Assembly (NCBI GenBank): GCA_964016885.1
Contig: OZ024745.1
Coordinates: forward strand, 99,882,001 to 99,946,000
Length of the DNA stretch: 64,000 nt
Source: Eledone cirrhosa
Taxonomy: Eukaryota
Direction: 5' to 3'
Numbering within the stretch: the stretch's first letter is position 1; every line of letters begins with the position of its first letter. Below, in pieces: positions 1 to 13,915 of this stretch. The translations under genes were made by a program, and so were the position numbers. Below the pieces are notes generated by a model. That model saw only the letters and a list, made by a program, of their open reading frames with translations. It was not told where the DNA came from and did no database searches.

Positions 1-1083
1 TCAAGGTTAGCTATAACTATGATATATATAAACATTTGATCGGCCTTATTTCAACTCATAAATTGCACTAGTTTTGATTTTGGTTTTTCGTATATTTGTT
101 TTCTTGAAAAAAAAAAAAAAAAAAAAAAAATTTGTTCCTCAAAATAGAAAGTAAGAGATGTTTAACATTTGAATATGTATAACTCTTTTATTTATATATT
201 GTGTTCTATTAATATATACTTTATTTTTAACTAGTACATAATTACTTTGCCAGGAACAATAATTTTCTAACTTAACTAGCACTGTACTTGCTATTAAAAT
301 ATTGATATGGAAAAACAACTTGGTGTATATAATCTATATTGTAGACTAATGTTTAGAGATTAAAATCACATTACTTTGTTATTATACATTTTCTACCATA
401 ATTCACAAATATTCAGATTCAAAATTGATCTTCAAATATCCGTTAATTTATTGATGCAGCAGTTCACCTTTTTGAAACTTTTTTTTTATGTCATGTTAAA
501 GCAATTAATCATTTATTAGTTAATTGAAGACTAGCATTTTCCATTTCAACTTGACAATATCTGGAAATAGTTGACTTGTAAAAGCATTAAATGGCCTTCA
601 CCTTCATTGCAATTTCAAAAATAACACTTATTTATTTTTTCTTCTCATTTCATTGATTATTGTACCTGCAATACTATATTGGTTTTATTTGTTACTAACA
701 ATTCTTCAACATGTGATATGAATTTTTTGTTGCATTAATTGTGAATAGTTTGTGCAACATAGCATTTATCACCTTAGCTATACTTTGTCATTCTCTTCTT
801 TAATCATTACTGAAATAAACAACTTAACAAGGATATATATCTTTCACTAGTTCTGATAAAGATTGAACCCCTAACTACAAATTGTAGCCAGAAATTCCAA
901 CACACCAACTGAGCCACCAACATTTATATGTGTGTGTATCTGGTTTAAAATAGGCATACTGTATCTTTGCATGTCAAGTGATTAAAAGATCTGGGGTCAG
1001 GAAGGGCAAAAAATCCCGTCCAACCCATACCAACATGGAAAGGTCATGTAATATCAATTTTTCCGTACTGGCAGTTTGGTTTG

Positions 1084-2416
1084 ATGCCCCCTTCTTGGTG
1101 AGACAATTACAAGAGAGGTTCTTAGAGAAAAATAAGCCACTATACTTAGCCTTTGTTGACCTAGAGAAGGCCTTTGATAGGGTACCCCGATCTGTCATCT
1201 GGTGGTCCCTAAGGAAACTATAGGTGTTGAGGAATGGCTTGTGAAGACAGTACAAACTTTGTACAGAGGTACTGTCAGTAGAGTCAGGGTAGGAATGGAG
1301 TTTAGTGAGGAATTCCAGATACAAGTAGGAGTACATCAAGGTTCAGTCCTCAGCTCGCTCTTGTTCATTATAGTCCTCCAAGCCATAATAGAGGAGTTTA
1401 AGACTGGCTGTCCATGGGAACTTCTCTATGCTGACGATCTGGTTCTCATAGCAGAATCAGTAGAGGAGCTAGAGAAGAAATTCTGGCTATGGAAACAGCA
1501 GTTGGAAGCAAGAGGACTGAGAGTGAACCTAGCTAAGACAAAAGTGTTGATAAGTAGAAAAGAGGACAAAACTTTGATTCCATCAGGGAAATGGCCATGT
1601 TCGATATGCACTGATATAAATTCTATAAAATGCACACAATGCAGATCCTGGGTACACAAGAGATGTAGCGGGATAGCAGGCAAACTAACAGGTAGGGAGA
1701 AATACGTATGCAGTAGATGTACAGGGAAATTAGACAGTAGAAGTTGCATTGATAGACACATTTTTCAAATGCAGGCGGGTGCTATAGAAGTGGTGGATAG
1801 CTTCCGGTACCTAGGAGATCAGATTAGCATGGGATGGGGTGTTCCGAGGCCATAGTATCTAGAATAAGGACGGGTTGGAAGAAGTTTAGGGAGCTGCTTC
1901 CTCTGCTGATGAAGAAGGGTTTCTCCCTGCGTACGAAAGGCCGGTTATATGATACCTGTGTGAGGAGCGTGATGCTGCTTGGTAGTGAGACATGGGCAGC
2001 AACTGCAGAGGATATGTGACGGCTGGAGAGAAATGAGGCAAGCATCCTCCGTTGGATGTGCAGTGTCAATGTGCATGAACGACCCAGCATGAATGTGTTG
2101 AGAGAGAAACTGTGTCTGAGAGGGATAGAATGTAGTGTGCGAGAGGGGAGACTGAGGTGGTATGGACATGTGATACGCATGGAGAATGACCGATGGGTGA
2201 AGAAGTGTCAGGAAATGTCAGTTGAAGGAAGACGTGGTAGAGGTAGAGCATGAAAAATATGGGCGGAGGTGGTGAGAACAGACCTCAGATCGCTGAAGAT
2301 CACGGTGGAGATGACGAAGGACCGTGACAAGTGGAGAGATGCTGTGCTGAATAAGATCTGTCCCACCCTTGCAAGCTGGGAAGAGCGGACGTAAAATGAT
2401 GATGATGATGATGATG
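1084..2416 (+). mobile_element. RTE-clade LINE, family A, 5'-truncated and frameshifted (RT with PHD-like insert, (GAT)n tail)
   Basis: ORFs 978-1223, 1202-1855, 1834-2019 and 2056-2253 give FVDLEKAFDRV, GVHQGSVLS, LYADDL, FRYLG and RLRWYGHV in order. Ends CGGACGTAAAAT(GAT)n. Confidence 0.95.
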
Positions 2417-2669
2417 GCATGGGTTTGGCTGGGAAACGCACCTCACATAGATTCCCATTTTAGCATGGTTTTTACTGTCCTCTCAACCCATGTCAGAATG
2501 ACAACCTCAAATAATATTCTCACACTGTAACATTGAGCACATACAATTATTGGACATTTCTCAGAATTTAGTCACTAAAAACTATGTAAAGAAGTGAAAA
2601 ATATTTTGATGTTTTCTTTCCATTGGACACTCAAAAGAAATGGGGCAAAGTTAAAAAGCATAACTGAAG

Positions 2670-3517
2670 AGTTCATTGTAACTTCTGTATGCTGATGACC
2701 TGGTCCTTGTAACTGAATCTGGAAGAGCCTGAGAAAAAAATTCTTGTGGAAAAAGGGCCCATAGTAAACCTAGTGAAGACCAAAGAGGACAAGATTCTGA
2801 TCCCATCAGAGGTGGCCAAGCTCAATATGTAGAAAAAGAGTAGGTAGGAACTCTATGTAATATACTCAGTGAGTATAGGTACATAAGGTGTAGTGAGATT
2901 GTAGGCAAACTAATAGAAAATATGGACTTTGCATGTGGCAGGTTCACAGGAACAGTATGTAGTAAGAGCAGCAATGAAATTAACCATTTCTGATCTCAGG
3001 AAGGTATAGAAATAGTTGATAGTTTCTGTTACTTGGGTGACATTATTAAGTGAAGATAGTTGCTCTGAAATTATATAAGAATAGTATAGAAAAAGTTTAG
3101 TCAGCTATCACCTCTTTTGACAATAAAAGGGTTTTCTTTACAAACAATGAGTAGATTGTATGATGGCCTGTTTGAGAAGTGATATATTGCATGGCAATGA
3201 GAAGACACGGACAGTAATTACAGATGTTATATATGGAAGAAAATGAGGTGAGAATGCTCAGTTGGATGTGCATGAACAATGAAGTGAGGGAAAAACTGAG
3301 TATAAGAGGAATTAAATATAGTGTGCAAAAAAGAAGACTGTACATGTGTCACATATGCATGAAGTGCCAATGGAAGTAAGCTGTAGTAGAGGAAAACTGA
3401 GAAAAACATGAGCAGAGGCAGTTAGGGGTAGTCTCAAAATGTTGGGCCTCACAGAGATGATGATGGAATGCTGCAAGTAGAGGGAGGCTGTCCTGGGAAG
3501 GACCTGTGTAAGCATGA
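2670..3517 (+). mobile_element. Old degenerate RTE LINE fragment
   Basis: CTTCTGTATGCTGATGACCTG (LYADDL) at about 2682, followed by decayed PHD-like, SFCYLG and C-terminal segments colinear with family A. Many stops. Confidence 0.8.
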
Positions 3518-3523
3518 TAAAGT

Positions 3524-5592
3524 CATCATCATCATCATCATCACCGTTTTACGTCCGTTCTTCCACGCTAGCATGGGTTAGACGGGTTGTCCTGTTGTGG
3601 GCAGTGTCTGGTCGGCTAACCATGCCTTGCTCATACAGGAACTGATCTGGCTTGATTTCTACAGCTGGATGCCCTTCCTAACACCAACCTCATTTACAGT
3701 GAGTGCTGGGTGCTTTTTCGTGGCGCCTACACGTCCACTTTACAGTGTGGGCTGGGTGCTTTTTTGCCGTGGCACCTCCACGACCACCTTGCGGTGGGGG
3801 GGGGGGGCATATTGTTTATATGCTTCAGCATGTACCCATGGGAGGTCGGGTACCCTGTATTACTGCGTGACGCCGGAAGTCACGGTCGTGTGTCATTGAC
3901 TTTGAGAGGTGTAGTTGGGTAAGGTCGGCTTTTATCACCTCATCCCAAGTCATCTTGGGTCTCCCCACTCCGCGGTTTCCATCAACTTCTAGTGCTCTGC
4001 ACCTTTTTATGCAGCTGTCATCCTTCATACGCATCACATGTCCATACCAGCGTAACCACCTCTCCTGCACGCAGCATTTGATTCCTCTTATGCTCAGTCT
4101 CTCTCTCAATTCCTTTATGCTTTGTCGTTCACGTATATTACTGTTACACATCCATCGGAGCATGCAGGCTTCGTTTCTCTCTAATCTACGTAAGTCTTCC
4201 ACCTTCAGCGCCCAGGTCTCACTACCATGCAACATCGCTGTTCGGATACACGCATCATACAGTCAGCCTTTCATTCTGAGGGAGAAGCCTTTTGCAGCTA
4301 GCAGTGGTAGTAGTTCCCTAAACTTCTTCCATCCCGTTCTTACCCTAGTTATTGTACTTTCTGAGCACCCACCTCCGTTGCTAATTCGGTCACCTAGGTA
4401 GCAGAAGCTGTCTACTGTTTCTACAGGGCCCTCCCAGAGATTGGTGGTACTTGTTTCCTGTGGCTGTTTGCTTGCTGTTTCAGCACAGCTGCTGCATGTG
4501 AATCCTACATTCTTAATTAAGCTTCCTGAGATCCCGCTACATCTCTTGTGTACCCATTGTTTGCATTTGGGGCAGAGAATGGAGTTCCTACCTACACCTT
4601 TCCTACATACTGAGCAAGGCCATTTCCCTGAGGGGATCTGGGTTCTGTTTTCTCGTCTACTTACAAGGACCTTAGTCTTTGTCATGTTGACTTTGAGGCC
4701 CTTTCTCTCTAGTCCCTGCTTCCAGGTTTGGAATTTATTCTCTAGTTCTACCATAGATTCAGCTATGAGTGCGAGGTCATCAGCATACAGGAGTTCCCAT
4801 GGGCATCCGGTCTTAAACTCCTCCGTTATTGCCTGCAGGACTATGATGAACAGGAGAGGGCTAAGAACAGAGCCCTGGTGGACCCCAACCTGTACGCTAA
4901 ATTCCTCGCTATACTCATTGCCAATCCTAACTTTGCTGACTGCTCCCCTATACATGGCTTGTACCGCTTTCACAAGCCATTCATCTACTCCTAGTTTTCT
5001 AAGAGCCCACCAGATTACTGCACGTGGAACTCTGTCAAAGGCTTTCTCAAGGTCGACAAATGCCAAGTAGAGTGGCTTACTTTTAGCTAGGTACTTTTCC
5101 TGTAATTGCCTCACAAGGAAGAGGGCATCAGTGGTGCCTTTCCCTGGTACAAACCCAAATTGCATCTCGTCTATATTCACCCGGTCCCTAATCAGCTGTG
5201 CTATAACTCTTTCTGTTACTTTCATGACCTGGTCCATCAACTTTATACCTCTATAGTTTCCTCTATCTAGTGCATCGCCTTTATCTTTGTAGCAGTTGAC
5301 AATGATGCTACTGCACCAATCTTTTGGTATGGCCCCCTCTAGTATTACCTGGTTAACGATACGTGTGGTTATAGTGTGACCTACAGACCCAGATGCCTTC
5401 AGCATCTCGGCAGCTATACCCGATGGACCGGTTGCCTTCCCTATCTTCATATCTCTGATTGCCTTACTTACTACGCTGCCGCTGACTTGTACTGCTGGTC
5501 CCTCTATAGGGTCTACGTGGGGTAGGGTCTCTTCTTCCCATGCATTCTCCTCATTTAGTAATCTATCATAATGACTCTTCCATGCATCTTTC
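3524..5592 (-). mobile_element. RTE-clade LINE, family B, 5'-truncated, young (one premature stop near 4263), long 3'UTR
   Basis: ORFs 4263-5450 and 3825-4235 encode the RT and C-terminus. (CAT)n tail from 3524. Candidate TSD TAAAGT at 3518-3523 and 5593-5598. Near-identical to 32075-34007. Confidence 0.97.
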
Positions 5593-5599
5593 TAAAGTG

Positions 5600-6200
5600 A
5601 ATGTAAAATTATACAAAAGGCTCTGACTTCTCATCAACTCTTTTGAATTTTTACCTACAGGACCTTACACTTCCACAAAACATACAGATAGCCTCATATG
5701 CAGATGATTGTTCACATACACCTTCCCACCATTCCCAAAATGTTGCTGTTCAACTACTCCAATACTTTTTAAGTCACTTAAAAACCTCACTCTCCAGCTA
5801 CCAAATTCATTGATCCCTTCTTATCAATTGAACTAGTGACAATTAAATGCAATCAAACCTGAATGAAATAAACATAGCCAAAAAAATACTAGGAGTTACA
5901 TACGGCTCCTCACAACACACATAGTAGACAGAAGAAAGCAAAATGATGTGCAAACGTATTTAGAGCAATTACAGGTAGCACATTTGAATAACATAAAAAA
6001 AACAAGCACACCTATATACAAAGAATATATTAGATCCATCACAAACTATGCCAGCCCTGCCTGACACGCCAATCTTTCTCCAACGAACCATATTCACTAT
6101 GAAGAACACAAAAGAGCACACTATACATGAGAACATGCTGTACACAAATCACATCCACAAATACCTCTACAACAAACTAAAAGTACTAAAAATGAGTCCA
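5600..6200 (+). mobile_element. Highly decayed LINE RT remnant (I/Jockey-like)
   Basis: TATGCAGATGAT (YADD) near 5697 and AAAATACTAGGAGTTACA (KILGVT) near 5883. A-rich strand bias. Confidence 0.5.
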
Positions 6201-6285
6201 CTTTACCTCATTATTTCCTTGCCTGTCTTTTCATGCTTGATCAGACAAGTTTCTATGTATATTATGTTACCTCATTTGTAAGGTT

Positions 6286-7205
6286 CATCATCATCATTAT
6301 CATCATCATCGTTTAACGTCCATCTTCCACGCTTGCATGGGTTTGGACGGGAGTTTTCTCACTTGAGGCAAGAGTGGTTGTCTTGCTCGCATAGGACTGT
6401 CTGGCGGGTTTTCTACAGCTGGATGCCCTTCCTAACACCAACCACATTTACAGTGTGGGGCTGGGAGGTTTTTACTGTGTTGCCTACACGGCCACATTAC
6501 AGCGTGGACTGTGTGTTTTTTTGTCGTGACACCTACACGATCTCATTTGTTTCGGCCTGGATGTTGCGGCACCAACATAACTTTACATTGAAAGGGGTGG
6601 TGGGGGTGGTGGGACGGGCGTGTATTTTGTTAGAGATGCCTACTGACTGTAGTAGGTTTTACTTTGTATTTAGGTAAGGCGGGTCTTCTTTATTACTGAG
6701 TACCACCAAAGATCTCGATCCAGTGACATTGTCTTGGAGAGGTGTGTGAGAGGTGTGTGTGAGGTCGGAATTTATCAAGTCATCCCAGGTTTTTCTGGGT
6801 CTGCCTACTCCATGGCTACCGTCTATCTTTATTGCCCTGCACTTTTTTATACAGCTGTTGTCTTTCATGCGCATCACGTGACCATACCAACGTAGCCTTC
6901 TCTCGAGTAAACAACATCTGATCCCTCTTATTTCTAATTTTCCCCTTAGTTCGTTTATGCTTTGCCGTTCACGTATATTACTATTACACATCCAGCGGAG
7001 CATGCAAGCTTCGTTCCTCTCTAGTCTGCGTATATCCTCTGCACACAATGCCCAGGTCTCGCTGCCATGCAACATTGTTGTTCGTATGCAGGCATCATAC
7101 AACCTGCCTTTCATTTTTAGGGAGAACCCTTTAGCGGCTAATAGTGGTATAAGCTCTCTGAACTTTTTCCATCCAGTTCTGACTCTAGCTACTGTACGTT
7201 CAGTG
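6286..7205 (-). mobile_element. RTE LINE 3' fragment, family C (related to B)
   Basis: ORF 6659-7114 encodes the RTE C-terminus (GSETW, RRLRWYGHV, GRPRKTW). Related 3'UTR and (CAT)n tail at 6286-6310. Confidence 0.92.
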
Positions 7206-7619
7206 TCTAGTTTTTAATCTAACTCCATTCTAAGACTTTGTTGCCTCCCACTATCACTTTGCAGTTTCTTTCTTCTCCTTTTTGTTTAATTTCGTCATAT
7301 TACTTGCCCATACCAATGTAGTTATCTTCTTTATACACCTACCAACAAATTTGATGTGTGGGGAAAAACCTTATCACTTACTCTTTGAATAATTTTAACC
7401 TGTAAACTTATACAATGAGTAGATCCACTTAAATACTAGGCATATGTAGTTAGAAACTCAGTTGATGCTCTGTAAGCAGTCTTTGCTTTTAGAGGTTCTG
7501 ACTTCAGCTGTTTAATTTATTTGTGTTTTCATCATTCCTGTCAATTTAAACATTGAAGCTATTTTCAAACAGATTAATGATTAGCAAGAACATAGTGTAG
7601 GTTTATATGTGGTTGATGT

Positions 7620-7820
7620 ACTAGTGCAGTAAGTAACATGAGTTTACAGGATTCGGGATGGAGAAAGTTGAGGGAGCTACTACTGCTGCTAACTCCAAAA
7701 GGTTTTCCTCTCAAAATGGACAGATTGTATGGTGCATGTATACAAATAACAATGCTGCACGGTAATGAGACCTGGGCACTGTGTGCAGAGGACCTACAAA
7801 GATTGGAAAGAAATAGTAAT
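7620..7820 (+). mobile_element. RTE C-terminal coding fragment
   Basis: ORF 7638-7823: GWRKLRELL...MLHGNETWAL. Confidence 0.8.
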
Positions 7821-7974
7821 TAATATACATCCCTCACCAGCTAAGTACCCCACTCTACATCCACACACTCCCGCACCCACTTTCCACATCTGATGCACTT
7901 CTCTTGACCAACCCATATACAAGTATGGAAAACTGAACTTGCTTTCCCACAATGATGCTGAAATGGCTAAGAGT

Positions 7975-8630
7975 TCTCAGTCCACCATGGTTGGTGACAC
8001 AACAAAAGCCCCTAGTCTAACATGTAAGGTGCTCATGTTGGTGTCATGACAAAAGAGCACGTAACCATCCCTGCAAGGTGGTTTTGCTGGTGACATGACA
8101 AATAAGCACCCAGTCCACCCTGTGAGGTGGTCATGTTGGGGACATGACATGAGGCACCCAACTCACCCTGTAAAGTGGTCATGTTGGTGACATGACAGAA
8201 GGTACCCGATCACTCCTGTGGTGTGGCCAGGTCCATGACACGACAAAGAGCACCCAGTCTGGTCTGTAAGGTTGTCATGGTGACATGACAAAAAGCACCC
8301 AGTCTACCCTGTAGGGTAGTCGTGCCAGCAACATGACATGACAATAAATGCCCAGCCCACGTTGTAAAGTGGTCATGGTGGCGACATGACAAAAGCACCC
8401 TGTCCTCACTGTAAAGAGATCATTTTGATAATGCAACAAAAGTGCCCAACCCATACTGTAAATGTGATTGGTGTTAGGAAGGCTATCCAGCTATAGAAAC
8501 CGATCCAGAAACGGTTTTGTATGAGCAAGATATGATCATCTGATCTGACGTTTCTCACAACTGGATGATCTGTATAATCCATGCTGGCATGGAAAAATAG
8601 ACCTTAAACTGTGATGGTGGCAATGATGAT
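7975..8630 (+). repeat. RTE-type 3'UTR with an expanded ~40-bp minisatellite (roughly a dozen diverged units)
   Basis: Unit approximately ACAAAAAGCACCCAGTCCACCCTGTAAAGTGGTCATGTTGGTGACATG, followed by GGTGTTAGGAAGGCTATCCAGCT and a GAT-rich tail as in the family B 3'UTR. Confidence 0.8.
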
Positions 8631-9707
8631 AAATTTCAAGTTGAGGACAAGAAAGATAAGGAAGTAAATTCTGTTTCAAAGGAAGATATGGAAATTAAAA
8701 CATCCCATTAGAAATGATTTCCAATTAACATTAAAGAATGCCTGTTTAGATAGGAGTGGTTAGGTACTAAACTACAGAGGACAACAAAGATAACCATCAG
8801 AAAGTCTTTGACCATTACTACAGATTGTAGATTACATGGTAGTAGATATAAAACCTAAGTTAAAAAAGGAAGAAAGAATTGCAAGGAGCAACACTAGCAG
8901 GAAGCTAAATTCTCAGTTTATTTATCTAAGAAAGTTTACTAACATTTTAGGTTATAAAGATGAGAAGCACAAAGTATTTCAAACCTTTAAGAAGGTTAAA
9001 AGTGAAACCAACAGTTTCAGCATACTCAGTAAGCCAAATATATAAAGATAATGGCAGAGAAAGTTACAGGTTCACCACAGTTACTGAAATACAAAAACTA
9101 TCAAGGTATGTAGGTTCTATGCTAGTTATTTGTCTATGTAATCAGATAATGTAGGAAGGGTTATCTCCAAGACTGATGTAGCATTATCAATTAATGTTGC
9201 ATATCGAAGAGCCTATAGTAAACTCCTTTCTCTCCTATCAATGTAAATTCTCAGCATTCATTGCTCATGTTTTGTTGCCTTACAGCTTCACACTACTTAA
9301 ATATTCCTCATATTGAATGTCTATTTTAGTAGAAATATAAGAGCCATTTATCAACAGTTAGTAGTTTCTAATTCTTTTCTAACCTTAGACTATTGTCATT
9401 TTTCTAGGTGGGCTTTTTACAGCTAGATTTTCTTCCTAACACTAACCACTCACCTGTGAAGTAGGAATGCATCCTGTGTTTTATTCAGTTATGGAAACTG
9501 GATCAAATAATGTCAAGTATTTTGTTTGGAAGCACAGAAAATTGAATTTATCAGCTTGTAGTCAGTAAGCCAACATATTAACCTTACAGTTATTATGCCT
9601 CTCAGCTTCTCATTATAATATCAATAGCTCTATCCACTTCTAATTATATAGGTAATAGTACTTACATACTATTGTCTACAAATCAACTGAGCAGAGTTTC
9701 GTGTTCT

Positions 9708-10065
9708 AATAATTGTTTCTACTTTTGGCAGAAGGCTAGCCATTGCCCTAGTGCATTATTGGTACTTTATTTTATCGACCCCGTAAGGATGAAAGGAAAA
9801 GCTAACCTCGGCGGGATATGAACTCGGAACGTAACGGGCCATAACTCTGTTGCAAAGCATGGTGCCTGTTTCGTGTTCTAATAATTGTTTCTACTTTAGG
9901 CACAAGGCCAGCAAATACCCAGTGCATTACTGGTACTTTATTTTATCGACCTCGTAAGGATGAAAGGCAAAGTCAACCTCGGCGGGATTTGAACTCAGAT
10001 CGTAAAGGGACGTAACTATGCTGGAAAGCATGGCGTCCAACCCTCTACCGATACTGCCAATCCAG
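9708..10065 (-). mobile_element. Two tandem tRNA-derived SINEs (5'-truncated copy 9708-9867 and near-full copy 9880-10065)
   Basis: B-box GAGTTCAAATCC, central CCTTTCATCCTTACGRGGTCGATAAAATAAAGTACCAG (resembles the Meta-SINE domain, from memory) and tail AAGTAGAAACAATTATT. Direct repeat GTTTCGTGTTCT at 9696 and 9868. Confidence 0.88.
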
Positions 10066-10614
10066 CTTATTCTGTTGGCTATTTCATTGCAACTGTTGCA
10101 CATTTCTTCCTTCACAGTCAATTATATACCTTATTGTATTTCTGGTGCATTCATTGTTTAATCTGATTGCCGAATGTTCTAATACTTTGTTAATTCTTAG
10201 GGTTATTTACATTCATATTTGGTGTCGCCATCGTTTTGTGTCCTGTCTATTCTTTGTATCATGAAGCTTACCTCGAACTACACCATTGTTTCCAGCTAAA
10301 TGACTCTCAATATGGTCCTTAATACCTTACTTTTAGTTACATAAACATTCACCTTCAATTGAACCTGTATCCCAAACAACTACCACCCACTGTTATTTGT
10401 TAGTGGCTATGTCAAACCAAATTTAAAACTTGTGTTCATCGCCAGATACCATAGGTAATTGACCTGATAGTCAATGTGAGATTTATATTAATGACCTACA
10501 GCTGCTACCAATTGCTACTAATCACTTTGGTACTATTATGAGGCTAAGCAGGAGGTTCTATGAAAGGCATCTGGTGGATGTCAACAGGTATGATCGAATC
10601 AGTAGAGCTAACAA

Positions 10615-11060
10615 GTCATCATCATCATTGTTTTTATATCCTTTTTTCCATGCTTGTATGGGATGGATGGGTTCTTCTCATCATGGCATCTCTCCACACG
10701 CTGCCGCATCGCTTCGTCATCTCCTCCATGGGTCTCAGTGATTTGAGACTCACAGAGGTCTTTCTTGGTCTATCTGTTCCTTCCAATGGTATTTCCTGGC
10801 ATTTCTTCACCCAGTGATCATCATCCATGGGCATCACATCTGTACCAATGCAGTCTTCTCTCCAGCACACCACCTTGGATTCCTCCTAAACCCAGCTTGT
10901 CTCTTAGTTCATCCAAGCTGTGCCTTTCTTTCACACATGCATTGTACAACCAATGAAGCATGGTTGCTTCATTTCTCTCCAGTCAGTGCATGTCCTCTGC
11001 AGTCACAGACCATGTTTCACTACTATGCAACATTAAACTTCACACACAGTCGTCAGAAGT
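10615..11060 (-). mobile_element. Degenerate RTE 3' end (family A-like)
   Basis: ORF 10634-10873 contains WVKKCQEIPLEG...WRDAMM. (CAT)n tail. Confidence 0.8.
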
Positions 11061-11385
11061 CCTGGATATAAATTACAATAGTTTAGTGTTTGGAAATCAC
11101 ACCTTCACTTAAGCAACATGGTTAATATTCTATACTTTTTTAGACAGCATTTGTCATATTCACCTAAATGATTGAGATCCTGTTCCTATATAGAAGAATT
11201 AAGAATATCAGTCCTTGAAATACATAGATCATTTGAAAGTTTTGGCTTCTTTGAGGACCATAGGTTGGGTGTTAATCAGTTAAAGGCAGCCCATATTAGG
11301 TTGGTGCATCTCTTGATTTTATTCCTGGATTTTCCTGTTGCAATGCCCCAGAGAGTCGATTTTATCCACTTATTGCTGGACAGCA

Positions 11386-13020
11386 TTCATCATCATCATA
11401 CGTCCACTTTTCCCTGCTTGCAAGGGTGGGATGGGTCCTGTTCAGCACAGCATCTCTCCACTTATCACGGTCCTTCTTCATCTCCTCCGTGAGCTTCAGC
11501 GATCTGAGGTCTGCTCTCACCACCTCCGCCCATGTTTTTCGTGGTCTTCCTCTACTGCATCTTCTTTCTACTGGCATTTCTTGGCACTTCTTTTCCCAGC
11601 GGTCATCCCCCCATGCGCATCACATGTCCATACCATTGCAGTTTTCTCTCTTGCACACTACAACTTATCCCTCTTATACACAGTTTTGCTCTCAACTCAT
11701 CTATGCTTAGTCGTTCACGCACATTGACATTGCACATCCAACGGAGCATGCTTCCTTCATTTCTCACCAGGTGTCGCATATCATCTGCAGTTGCTGCCCA
11801 TATCTCACTACCATGCAGCATCACGCATCACACACAGGCATCATATAACTGGACTTTCGTATACAGGGAGAAACCCTTCTTTGTCAAGAGAGGAAGCAGC
11901 TCCCTAAACTTCTTCAAACCCATCCTTATTCTAGATACTATGGCCGCGGAGCACCCCTCTCCCATGCTAATCTGATCACCTAGGTACCAGAAGCTAGCAA
12001 CCACTTCTATAGAACCCACCTGCATTTGAAAAATGTGTCTATCACTGCGACTTCTACTGTCTAATTTCCCTGTACATCTACTGCATATGTAGTTTTCCCT
12101 ACCTGTTAGTTTGCCTGCTATCCAACTACATCTCTTGTGTACCCAAGATCTCCATTGTGTACATTTTATAGAACTTATGTCAGTTCCTTTTCTACATATC
12201 GAACATGGCCATTGCCCTGATGGAATCAGAGTTTTGTCCTCTTTTCTACTTATCAACACTTTTGTTTTAGCTATGTTCACTCTCAGTCCTCTTGCTGTTT
12301 CCATAGCCAGAATTTCTTCTCTAGCTCCTCTATTGATTCTGCTATAAGAACCAGATCGTCAGCATAGAGAAGTTCCCATGGGCAGCCAGTCTTAAACTCC
12401 GCTATTATGGCTTGGAGGACTATAATAAACAAGAGTGGGCTGAGGACCAAACCCTCATGTACTCCTCATTGTATCTAGAATTCCTCACTAAACTCCATTC
12501 CTACTCTCACTTTACTGACAGCACCTCTGTACATAGCTTGCACTGTCCTCACAAGCCATTCCTCTCCACCTAGTTTCCTTAGAGACCACCAGATGACAGA
12601 TTGGGGTACCCTATCAAAGGCCTTCTCTAGGTCAACAAAAGCTAAGTATAGTGGCTTATTCTTCTCTAAGAACCTCTCTTGTAGTTGTCTCACTAAGAAG
12701 AGTGCATATGTTATACTTTTCCCAGGCACAGAACCAAACTGCATCTCATCTAGTTTGATCCTTTCTCTAATTAGTTGCGTTAATATCCTTTCTGCCACTT
12801 TCATAACCTGATCCATCAGTTTTATGCCCCTATAATTGCTCCTCTCCAGAGCACCCCTTTACCTTTGTAGCAGTTTATGAGAATACTGCTGCACCAATCT
12901 TTGGGTATGACACCACCATATATAGCTTGATTGATGATGTGTGCAACCAGTTTAGTGCCTACTTCTCCTGATGCCTTCCGCATCTCAGCAACTAATCCCG
13001 ATGGTCCAGCGGCCTTACCA
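11386..13020 (-). mobile_element. RTE LINE, family A, 5'-truncated and frameshifted
   Basis: ORFs 12822-13076, 12475-12816, 11828-12304, 11603-11824 and 11362-11577 encode the RT (KAAGPSG through the C-terminus). Same 3' tail as 1084-2416. Confidence 0.95.
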
Positions 13021-13042
13021 TTGACTTGTTTCTGTTCAACCT

Positions 13043-13255
13043 TTAACCCTTTCATAACCATATTTCTAATACACACTTATTTCAATGAAGAATTTTGAGG
13101 AATTTACTAAAATTAATAATTGTTTCATCACTATATGATTCTGATGTAAAATTACGTTCAAAGACTTTAATTTAAATAGGAACCCTATAAAATGGGTGAC
13201 TTTATTTCATAGAACTAGAATCAGTTTTGGCCAGGCTAGAAACAAAATGGTTAAA
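13043..13255. mobile_element. ~220-bp TTAA-bounded MITE-like repeat (piggyBac-type ends). Other copies near 14607-14824, 30606-31065 (two, inverted), 43105-43250, 44133-44368, 46926-47160 and 62352-62606
   Basis: TTAACCCTTT...AAATGGTTAA ends. Shared internal motifs CCATATTTCTAA, GAATTTAxTAA and ATAGAA...CAGTTTTGG across copies. Confidence 0.65.
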
Positions 13256-13915
13256 AGTCCTTTTATGATATTTCTAATCAAGAAACAGAACCTTCTGTTC
13301 ATCTGTGTGTCTTGAGATGTATTTATAACATTTATGTCTCTATTTAAAATGTCAGGTTTTGGCTCTAAAGTTCGAACAAACCCCTTGTTAGTCCCATCAA
13401 CTACTCTGAGTCCTCTGCACTAGCTATTGTTCTTTAATTACAGTACCTTCTGCATGCATTACATCTCTTAATTAACAGAAATTACTAACTCTAGTTAATG
13501 AATCATCTGGGCTGCTATTGCATTTTTATGTAACCTCATTTTATCATCGTCATTTAACATCCACTTTCTCTGCTAGCAAGGATTGGACGTGTCTTTGCAG
13601 ACCAAGTCAGCACTGAAGTGAGGGACCTCCCATACAGTCCAGGGGGTTTGCATCTCACTTAAATACTGCTCCACGTTCTACCAAGTTCATTTTATTGTGG
13701 CACCAGCACTACAGAGGTTGTCATGTCTTTGACACAACTGTTACATCCCTAACAATATCTTTAATACTCTGAGTTCAAATTCTAATAGCATTACCTTTCA
13801 TCCCTTTGAGTAAATATAATGTGTGAACAGATATTGACACAGTTGACTATATAGCCCTGCAACAAATCCTGTAACTTTGTGGTAATGTATGAAATCATTA
13901 TTATATCAAGTTTTA

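Noticed and set aside
1-900. AT-rich unique sequence resembling a 3'UTR
   Set aside because: No coding exon or clear poly(A) context to anchor it.
7975-8470. Regularly spaced repeats resembling a CRISPR array
   Set aside because: The units are degenerate over their whole length with no unique spacers, they derive from an RTE 3'UTR, and the context is eukaryotic.
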